DNA of 35,444 nucleotides from a virus. Position numbers and translations under genes: made by a program. Location: the IMG/VR virus record IMGVR_UViG_3300002307_000013. One strand, given 5' to 3'. The notes below the pieces were generated by a model. The model did no database searches. It saw nothing but the letters and a program-made list of their open reading frames with translations, and was not told the origin of the DNA. The first letter of the stretch is position 1. Each line of letters opens with the position of its first letter. This document shows, one piece after another, positions 8,906 through 15,493 of this stretch.

Positions 8906-9234
8906 TTCCTTCTTTTTGGATCTTGTAGTCTTCTTGAAGTTTTAACAGGACTTCCACTTGTCGGAAAGAGTTCTTGGGGAGATAGCCGTTGCTCAGGACG
9001 CCGTTTAGATGTTTTTGCCTTCATCGCTCTCATAACCTGTTCCATATCGGGAGACTCTGGTGTTTGGGGCAAGCTGCGTATGAGAAATTTGATATATTCC
9101 GGATCTTGATGTTGAAAAAACACTGAATATTCGATGATATCATGGACGCCGGGGCTCCTTACCAACTTTCTTGTTGGTTGCCCATCTCCGCATATTAATG
9201 ATGTCGCCATAAGAAGTGGGAGTGTATGCTTCAT
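8902..9234 (-). CDS. Small secreted basic protein (110 aa)
   Basis: The signal-peptide-like N-terminus MKHTLPLLMATSLICGDGQP resembles that of ORF 3711 (MKSYLPILLVCSFSLMGNDAQP). The C-terminus is Lys/Arg/Pro-rich. Confidence 0.6.
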   Translation of the reverse strand: MKHTLPLLMATSLICGDGQPTRKLVRSPGVHDIIEYSVFFQHQDPEYIKFLIRSLPQTPESPDMEQVMRAMKAKTSKRRPEQRLSPQELFPTSGSPVKTSRRLQDPKRRK

Positions 9235-9237
9235 AGA

Positions 9238-9266
9238 TTGTCCTTTCTAATGGGTTCAACTATACT
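9238..9266 (+). promoter_or_regulatory. Sigma70-like promoter candidate for the 9359/scaffold/capsid operon
   Basis: TTGTCC (9238-9243), a 17-nt spacer, then TATACT (9261-9266). On the opposite strand, a mirror candidate TTGTAA-N16-TATACT (9343-9316) faces the 9234 gene. Confidence 0.4.
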
Positions 9267-9358
9267 GTGCCCCGTAAACGAAAGCGCTTCGTGACAGGAT
9301 CGGCTCCTATAAGTTAGTATAAAGAACTCTCTCACACTTACAAAAGAATAGGGCTGCC

Positions 9359-9841
9359 ATGGATGAACCAAGAAAGACAGTTGGAGCAATAGTACAAAAT
9401 CTAATTGAGCTTGAACCTGATAAAAATACTGTCATGGATCAACAGAGCGGTATGCAAGAAGACTATATAAAGGAATTGATCGCATGCGCAAAAGCGTTCT
9501 CCTTAGCTCATCCTGGTAAGAACTTTTTCGTTTGTGTTCTAACTAAGAGTGAAAAATTACTTCACAATGTTTTTCGAAATTATTTTGTTGCGCGGCTGTC
9601 ATGTCCAACCCCGAACTATGATCAGACCGTGTACAGATTTGATGCTCATCATGAGCAAATGATGTTAATGTGGGTCATACCATGTAAGGAAGCATGTATA
9701 CACCTGAAAGAGAATGCATTAATCGTGGATGATTCAGAGCGCGATCTTTTAAGATTCGTCATGAGATTTTCAGATGGAACTCTGTATAGGATGTGTCGAT
9801 TCCTTAATGGAGAGAAAGATGGTGCCCCCAATATAAATTAG
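9359..9841 (+). CDS. Hypothetical protein (160 aa) at the head of the morphogenesis operon
   Basis: Clean ORF immediately upstream of the scaffold gene. I recognised no motif. Confidence 0.6.
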   Translation: MDEPRKTVGAIVQNLIELEPDKNTVMDQQSGMQEDYIKELIACAKAFSLAHPGKNFFVCVLTKSEKLLHNVFRNYFVARLSCPTPNYDQTVYRFDAHHEQMMLMWVIPCKEACIHLKENALIVDDSERDLLRFVMRFSDGTLYRMCRFLNGEKDGAPNIN

Positions 9842-9849
9842 GAGGATTT

Positions 9850-10569
9850 ATGATTGATAACGAAGTTCTTACACAAGATGAACAGCTTGAATCAACCCAA
9901 TCTACTGAAGAATCTCCTTCGCCAGAGCAACAATCTCCCGCTGTAGAGGATAAGGCAGCCTACAATTATCGTAAACTGCGCGAAAAAGCTGAGCGTATGG
10001 AGCGAGAGCGCGATGAAGCCATGCGTAAGATCCAAGAGTTCGAGGCTCGCAGTCAAGCACATAGTTCTCCTGCAGAAGACGAGGAGATTAATCTTGAGCC
10101 AGATGCCCTCGCAGAAGGAAAACATATTAGTAAGGTTTCTCAAAAGATTAAGCGCTTGGAAAACGAACTTAAGCAATACCGTCAACAGAGTGTTGTTGAG
10201 TCTACTGAGACGCGCCTTAAGGCTCAGTTTTCTGACTTTGATCGCATTGTTTCTAAGGAGAATATCGAATCTCTTCGAGAGAGCTATCCCGAAGTGGCTG
10301 CATCGATCCATGCTAATCCTGATTTATACGGTCGAGCGGTCGCTGCGTATACTCTTATAAAACAATTCGGAATCGCAAAAGACCAATTAATAGAGGCTGA
10401 TCGAGCATTAGTACAAAAGAATGCCGCAAAGCCACGCCCAATGGCAAGTATATCTCCACAACAAGGAGATTCTCCTTTATCTAAGGCAAATGCATTCGCA
10501 AATGGACTCACTGATGATCTAAAGAATCAGCTCTGGAAAGAGATGACTCAGACGCGAAGAGCTTCGTAA
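9850..10569 (+). CDS. Scaffolding protein (candidate)
   Basis: 239 aa with an AGGAGGA SD. It is acidic and strongly helical or coiled-coil (KLREKAERMERERDEAMRKIQEFEARSQ; KRLENELKQYRQQ). It sits directly upstream of the capsid gene, and I saw no prohead protease. Confidence 0.6.
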   Translation: MIDNEVLTQDEQLESTQSTEESPSPEQQSPAVEDKAAYNYRKLREKAERMERERDEAMRKIQEFEARSQAHSSPAEDEEINLEPDALAEGKHISKVSQKIKRLENELKQYRQQSVVESTETRLKAQFSDFDRIVSKENIESLRESYPEVAASIHANPDLYGRAVAAYTLIKQFGIAKDQLIEADRALVQKNAAKPRPMASISPQQGDSPLSKANAFANGLTDDLKNQLWKEMTQTRRAS

Positions 10570-10577
10570 GATTATTT

Positions 10578-10609
10578 AATATAGGGGGATTATAATGTCC
10601 CCCTATATT
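10578..10609 (+). terminator. Hairpin terminator or attenuator after the scaffold gene
   Basis: A 12-bp perfect stem, AATATAGGGGGA (10578-10589) / TCCCCCTATATT (10598-10609), with an 8-nt loop, followed by TCTTG. Confidence 0.55.
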
Positions 10610-10641
10610 TCTTGCTTCGCAAAACGGCACGGGATTATACT

Positions 10642-10728
10642 GCGTATCAGCGTATTGGGTTTCGCTACCCCATTCCGGCGTATTGGGCCTCGCCATCCCA
10701 GGCGTACGGAAGGCTCGCCACCTTCGAG
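10642..10728 (+). repeat. Tandem GCGTAY-headed repeats forming three consecutive small hairpins in the capsid-gene leader
   Basis: Units start at 10650, 10678 and 10702, with a partial unit at 10642. The hairpins are GGGT-ttcgct-ACCC, TGGG-cctcgccat-CCCA and GAAGG-ctcgcca-CCTTC. All three loops share YUCGCYA. Confidence 0.6.
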
Positions 10729-10779
10729 TAAATATGTGATCTCTTTCAAGAGTTCATAGGTTATTTTTGAGGTACAGCG

Positions 10780-10945
10780 ATGTCAATAACGACAACCAGC
10801 ACGCTGCCCGCTCCAGTTCAGCAGAGCTTTAGCTATAAGCTCCTGAGCGTGCCCGTGCCAAATATGATTCATAAAATACCTGCCATGCTCAAACAGATGC
10901 CCCGCAATGGTGGTACGACGTTAAGGATGCGACGGTATAATCCAT
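10780..10945 (+). CDS. Major capsid protein, exon 1 (N4-gp56/HK97-type family)
   Basis: GAGGT SD upstream. The N-terminal block SFSYKLLSVPVPNMIHKIPAMLKQMPRNGGTTLRMRRYNPL matches, from memory, the pattern ...L.....P.lvh......k.lp.nsG.t..fRRY..L. Family similarity is lost after 10945. Confidence 0.8.
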
Positions 10946-11150
10946 TAATATTAGTGGATGTAAAATTTTCTCTTATTGACTTGGAAGCCGTAGCGTAAGA
11001 GCCGGTGACAAGGGGCAAGCGAAAGCAGCCTGAACGACTAAGTGAGAAGACCTCGAAAGAGGATGCGATAGTCTGAACTCCATGGAAACATGGAGAGGAG
11101 CTCCCGAAGAGGACTCCCGCCTTAAAAGAGGTCTCAAAAGTAACAGAATG
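10946..11150 (+). ncRNA. Group I self-splicing intron (about 205 nt, no ORF)
   Basis: P1 pairs AUCCAU (10940-45) with GUGGAU (10954-59), placing U10945 in a G-U wobble with G10954. The terminal G is at 11150. P3 pairs 10966-72 with 11044-50. P7 pairs GACUA (11036-40) with UAGUC (11069-73). P8 is CCUC-GAAA-GAGG (11051-62) and P9 is CUCCAUG-GAAA-CAUGGAG (11078-95). An S-like GCGAUAGUCUGAAC string is present. Splicing restores one continuous 315-aa capsid ORF. Confidence 0.8.
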
Positions 11151-11932
11151 TAAACACCGCAATGGTTCCTCTTGGAAACTCTGGTGTTACTCCTCCAGCC
11201 CAAAATCTGACCGCTGTCGATATCGACGCAAAGATCAGCTTTTATGGCACCTATGTTCAGATTAATGAGCAGGTAACATTACAAAACCAAGACCCAGTAC
11301 TTAATGAATGTGCTGCGCGTCTTGGGGTATCACTTCGCCAAACAGAAGATCAGCTTACTCGCGACATGCTTGTTAGTACTGCTGCTTTCATTAACTGTAC
11401 TGGTGGTGTGAATGGTGACAACCCAACTCAAATTACACGATCAGATGTTAACACGGTGGTTCGTACGCTGTTGAACAACAACGCATATACCATCATGGAT
11501 AACATTGAAGGTGAAGATAAGTTCGGGACTGCACCAGTTCGTGATGCATACTTCGCACTTTGCTCAACAAACTTAACGGGCAACTTGGATAACGTTGCTG
11601 GATTCATTCAAAAGAACCAGTACCCAGCTCCTATGAACGCTCTTAAGTCTGAGTGGGGAGCTGTTGGAAACCTTCGTTTCCTTGTGTCTTCTATCGGATC
11701 AGTAACAGCAAATGCTTCTATGCTTGGAGCAAATGTGTACAACATTCCTTGCGTAGGTATGGAAGCATACGCATGTATCGAACAAGACGGATACTCGTCA
11801 AGCTTCGTCTATCGTCCGCCAATTTTCGATGGCCCATTGGCACTTAATGCTTCTGTAGGCTATAAATTTGCCGAAGTTCCCCGAATCACCAATGATTTGT
11901 GGGTTATCAATCTTCGCGCAACCCTTGCGTAA
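11151..11932 (+). CDS. Major capsid protein, exon 2
   Basis: This exon continues the family pattern: (L)NTAMVPLGNSGVTPPAQNLTAVDIDAKISFYGTYVQINEQVTLQNQDPVLNECAARLGVSLRQTEDQLTRDML. The track ORF 11162-11932 is its in-frame core. Exon 1 plus exon 2 total 948 nt. Confidence 0.8.
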
Positions 11933-11943
11933 GGAGATTTATC

Positions 11944-12906
11944 ATGTCGAATGGAACAATCATCCAACAGGGTTCATTTACCTCTACAGGATCCAACGTA
12001 ACCTTGAACCTTCGTTCAGGTGTTGATTGGATAGAGCTCTATAACTACACTCAGATCGTCGCTGGTGCTGTATCTACCGGTTATCAATTCTACTGGCAGC
12101 TTGGCATGCCAAATGGTGTTGGTATTGAAACTCAATCAAACGCAGGTGGAACAGCGGTTGATATTATTCCAACCGCAGCGCTTTCATTTACTCTTGTTGA
12201 TACATCCACAAATCCGAATGGACCAGCCCTTGCGATTACTGCAGGAACTAATGTCGTTCAACCTGTTTATACGGCCAATATTACTGGTCTCTCTAATGGG
12301 GATGTGGTTCGCTTGCTCAACGTGGCAGGAAACCTCAACCTCAGCGGTATGGACTTTACCGTTAGTAACGTTGTTGGCGGTACTTTCAGAATCGCAAATC
12401 CCCTTGCCAATGCGCCTGGAGCTGCTGCAGGAGCAGGGTTATATCGAAGAATCGCGTATGATCCTATCTTCTACCCACCATGGCGGTTTATTGTTAACAT
12501 CACACAGGCTGCTCAAGCCGTCGTGACAACGAGTGTTAACCATACCTACACGGTTGGACAACAGGTTCGCTTAGATACTTCTGACGCTTACGGCATGGTT
12601 GAGATCAATGGACTTACGGGAAACATTGTTGCTGTTACCGCTTCTACCTTTACGGTCGATATTAACACCACTGCGTTCACCGCATTCCAATTCCCTCTTG
12701 CTGCTGCTATTCCGTTCTCACAAGCTATCGTTAACCCAGTTGGAGAGACAGCAAATGCTACCATCTCTAACCCTAACTTGCTTGATGATGCAACAGTAAA
12801 TACCGGATATATCGGTATTCAGCTAGCAGGTGGAACCGCAAACTTGCCTGCAGGTCAAAATAACGATGTTATCTACTGGAAAGCAGGTAAATCGTTTAAC
12901 ACATAA
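11944..12906 (+). CDS. Virion structural protein with two small beta-barrel repeats (candidate capsid decoration or head-fibre protein)
   Basis: I prefer ATG 11944 after an AAGGAG SD, because the track start at 11899 overlaps the capsid gene. The repeats are ITGLSNGDVVRLLNVAGNLNLSGMDFTVSNVVGGTFRI and HTYTVGQQVRLDTSDAYGMVEINGLTGNIVAVTASTFTV. Confidence 0.55.
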   Translation: MSNGTIIQQGSFTSTGSNVTLNLRSGVDWIELYNYTQIVAGAVSTGYQFYWQLGMPNGVGIETQSNAGGTAVDIIPTAALSFTLVDTSTNPNGPALAITAGTNVVQPVYTANITGLSNGDVVRLLNVAGNLNLSGMDFTVSNVVGGTFRIANPLANAPGAAAGAGLYRRIAYDPIFYPPWRFIVNITQAAQAVVTTSVNHTYTVGQQVRLDTSDAYGMVEINGLTGNIVAVTASTFTVDINTTAFTAFQFPLAAAIPFSQAIVNPVGETANATISNPNLLDDATVNTGYIGIQLAGGTANLPAGQNNDVIYWKAGKSFNT

Positions 12907-12913
12907 AACACAT

Positions 12914-12949
12914 CTTTTCTGGGGCTCTTATATAGGGGCCCCAGAAGGG
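12914..12949 (+). terminator. GC-rich hairpin (terminator or RNA stabiliser) after the capsid/decoration genes
   Basis: A 12-bp stem, 12914-12925 / 12938-12949, with core TTCTGGGGC / GCCCCAGAA and a 12-nt loop. Confidence 0.5.
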
Positions 12950-12969
12950 TTATAAGGAGGATTTTACCT

Positions 12970-13368
12970 ATGGCACAGCAATCACCAGCATTGAGCAAAG
13001 ATAAGTTGAAGCCCAATCTTGAGTTCATGAGGAATCGCGACAAAGAGCCTGTTCGAGGGAAATTCATATTCCATGAAGTTCCTGGTGGACAGATGAGCTT
13101 TGTGTATAAAGCCTATGAAAATGATGATGTTGAGCGATTCGATCTTGTTGATGGAGAGATATATACTCTTCCGCTCGGAGTTGCTAAGCATCTTAATAAA
13201 AACTGCTGGTATCCTGTTCATACTCATACAGTAGATGAGAATGGAAAGCCAATTCAGAAGATTGGACAAAAGGTCCGACGGTGCAGCTTTCAGAGCCTTG
13301 AGTTTGTCGATATAGATGACCTATCACCTGTTGGTGGATCGGGAATTGTGACCGTTGAGAATTTATAG
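12970..13368 (+). CDS. Hypothetical virion-module protein (132 aa)
   Basis: AAGGAGGA SD and a clean ORF within the structural operon. Confidence 0.6.
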   Translation: MAQQSPALSKDKLKPNLEFMRNRDKEPVRGKFIFHEVPGGQMSFVYKAYENDDVERFDLVDGEIYTLPLGVAKHLNKNCWYPVHTHTVDENGKPIQKIGQKVRRCSFQSLEFVDIDDLSPVGGSGIVTVENL

Positions 13369-13375
13369 GTGATGT

Positions 13376-13744
13376 ATGCCCCGATGTTACGCTAATCCTA
13401 ACCCTATTTATCAGCCAGCTATGCGTCTTATTGCTTCCATTACACAATCCTTTCCCGCTATTGTTACCACAACCTTTGCGCATCAATATTTTACGGGAAC
13501 GATAGTAAGGCTGGATATACCTATTGCTGATGGGATGCAGCAAGCTGACCAATTTGTGGGGCCAATTCTTGTAACTTCGGACACCACGTTTGCGATCGCT
13601 TTGGACACTACTAACTTTGATGCATTTGCGATACCGGGCTCTCCAGCTCCATCACAAAATATATGCGCGCAGGTAGTGCCGATTGGAGAAGTTAATGAAA
13701 CGCTTCTTGCGGCTACGGTCAATGTGTTAAACCCTGTACCCTAG
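13376..13744 (+). CDS. Hypothetical structural protein carrying one copy of the beta-barrel repeat seen in 11944-12906
   Basis: ITQSFPAIVTTTFAHQYFTGTIVRLDIPIADGMQQADQFVGPILVTSDTTFAIALDT resembles the two repeats of the preceding large gene. Confidence 0.6.
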   Translation: MPRCYANPNPIYQPAMRLIASITQSFPAIVTTTFAHQYFTGTIVRLDIPIADGMQQADQFVGPILVTSDTTFAIALDTTNFDAFAIPGSPAPSQNICAQVVPIGEVNETLLAATVNVLNPVP

Positions 13745-13752
13745 GATGTCTC

Positions 13753-14871
13753 ATGCCTATTACTCCTCCCGGCAATACCCTGTCGACCATACAAGTAAAA
13801 GTACGCCGACTTACGCGCAGTCCATCTGAAGCGCAATTAACAACAGATGATCTGAACAATTATATTAACACATTTGTTGTATACGACTTTCCTGAGCATT
13901 TACGCCTTTTTAATCTCAGGACAACCTATAATTTTTGGACGAACCCATTTCAAGATGTGTATCCAACTGATATCATCTCGTTTGCGGGGGCTACGTCTAA
14001 CCCATTATATGATTTTCAAAACAGGTATCTGACCGTCCATGGCCCATTCTATATTGCAGGATTTCCAGCATTTTATTCTCAATCTCGAGAACAGTTCTTT
14101 GGCATTTATCCTCTTGTTAACAGTATTCTTAGTACTGGTACTACGGGCAACGGCACCCAGACCACCTTTTCAGGTGTAATTACTAACAATACGGGTCCTA
14201 ATTTTGTTAACCCGCTGCTCGCGAATCAGACATCAACGCTTCTCCAAAATAATGTTCTGTTTAGCTCTATAGCCACAGATCTTTCTGGATTAGCTATGAT
14301 CGATGTTCCGTTAGTCAACACGACGACGGGTAATAAGTCAGCCGTGGGAAACCTCTATGTCCCCGGATCTCAGCCGGCAACACCCCCAACAGTTGTTGAC
14401 CCTAACAATACGATCAACTATGTGACGGGACAGTATACGGTAACCTTTCCACAGGCTCCTGGTGCAGCTCAGCCCATTAATACACAGACAATACCGCAGA
14501 TTGTCGGGCAGCCACAAGCAGTTCTGTACTATGATAACAAATTCACAATTCGACCAGTTCCCGATCAGCCGTATCAGGTTAACTTTGAGTGCTATGTTAC
14601 TCCAACATATCTTATGGAGAACAATTCTACTCCTGAGCTCAATGAATGGTGGCAATATATAGCATATGGAGCTGCTAAAAAAATCTTTGAAGACCGTATG
14701 GATACGGATAGCGTGCAGATGATTATGCCTGAGTTTAAAACTCAAGAGCGGCTCTGTTTGAGAAGAACTATTGTTCAATATACCAATGATCGCACTTCTA
14801 CTATCTACACAGAACAGACGGGGTTTGGTCCTGGATGGGGTGGATGGGGATGGGGCGGTGGACCTTTCTAG
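13753..14871 (+). CDS. Virion structural protein (372 aa), possibly a head-tail adaptor
   Basis: Clean ORF in the structural operon. The C-terminus is an unusual Gly/Trp tail, GFGPGWGGWGWGGGPF. Confidence 0.55.
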   Translation: MPITPPGNTLSTIQVKVRRLTRSPSEAQLTTDDLNNYINTFVVYDFPEHLRLFNLRTTYNFWTNPFQDVYPTDIISFAGATSNPLYDFQNRYLTVHGPFYIAGFPAFYSQSREQFFGIYPLVNSILSTGTTGNGTQTTFSGVITNNTGPNFVNPLLANQTSTLLQNNVLFSSIATDLSGLAMIDVPLVNTTTGNKSAVGNLYVPGSQPATPPTVVDPNNTINYVTGQYTVTFPQAPGAAQPINTQTIPQIVGQPQAVLYYDNKFTIRPVPDQPYQVNFECYVTPTYLMENNSTPELNEWWQYIAYGAAKKIFEDRMDTDSVQMIMPEFKTQERLCLRRTIVQYTNDRTSTIYTEQTGFGPGWGGWGWGGGPF

Positions 14872-14880
14872 GAGTCTTAT

Positions 14881-15492
14881 ATGGCAATTCCTTCAGATTA
14901 TAACGCTAATATACCTCAGCCGTCTGATCTTTTATCTATATCACAGGGAAACTTACTGAATAACTTTGGAGCGATACAGGCGCTTATTGATATCAACCAT
15001 GTAGACTTTGCAGCCGTTGGTGCTGGAAAGCATACTTTTGTAGAGATGCCGGTACAAAGCCCAGTTCCTACAACAGTTGGTGGTGAGGTTGGCCTTTATT
15101 GTCAGACATCTGCTTCTACGACGCAGCCGGAACTTGTATTTGCTCGCCAAGCAGGATCTTCTGCTCCTGCAGCTGTTCAGATAACAGAGTTTACCTCTGC
15201 TGGATGGACAAATCCTGGATGGACGAAGCTTCCCTCGGGAATCATGATGAAATGGAGAGCAAATATAGGATTTGGAGGCTCAAATACGGTAACTAAAAAC
15301 CTCAACACAGACGTTCCAGGATCGCCGAATTTTACCACGGTTCTTACGATTCTTATTACTCCTATCGACACAGCGGCTACTTATAATAATGTTATAGGAA
15401 TTAGTAACGTCACCAGTCCCAGTTTTACAGTATATACTGCCTCAACTCCTCCGAGCACCGTGCAGTTCTCCTATTTTGCTATAGGATACTAA
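14881..15492 (+). CDS. Tail protein (203 aa)
   Basis: AGGAG SD. From memory, the N-terminal pattern PSDLLSISQGNLLNNFGAIQALIDINHVDF...GKHTFVEMP resembles conserved N-termini of phage tail or fibre proteins. Confidence 0.5.
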   Translation: MAIPSDYNANIPQPSDLLSISQGNLLNNFGAIQALIDINHVDFAAVGAGKHTFVEMPVQSPVPTTVGGEVGLYCQTSASTTQPELVFARQAGSSAPAAVQITEFTSAGWTNPGWTKLPSGIMMKWRANIGFGGSNTVTKNLNTDVPGSPNFTTVLTILITPIDTAATYNNVIGISNVTSPSFTVYTASTPPSTVQFSYFAIGY

Positions 15493-15493
15493 T

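Noticed and set aside
10508-10696. A 62-aa - strand ORF across the scaffold 3' end and the capsid leader
   Set aside because: It overlaps the scaffold gene, the terminator hairpin and the tandem hairpin repeats. The region is better explained as structured non-coding leader.
10946-11161. The split capsid gene as a frameshift, sequencing error, pseudogene or programmed recoding
   Set aside because: The gap is ~205 nt with multiple stops in all frames and no capsid-like coding potential. It contains P1 with a G-U wobble, P3/P7/P8/P9 and a terminal G, and precise excision restores the frame. An intron explains all of this, whereas a one-base error or recoding does not.
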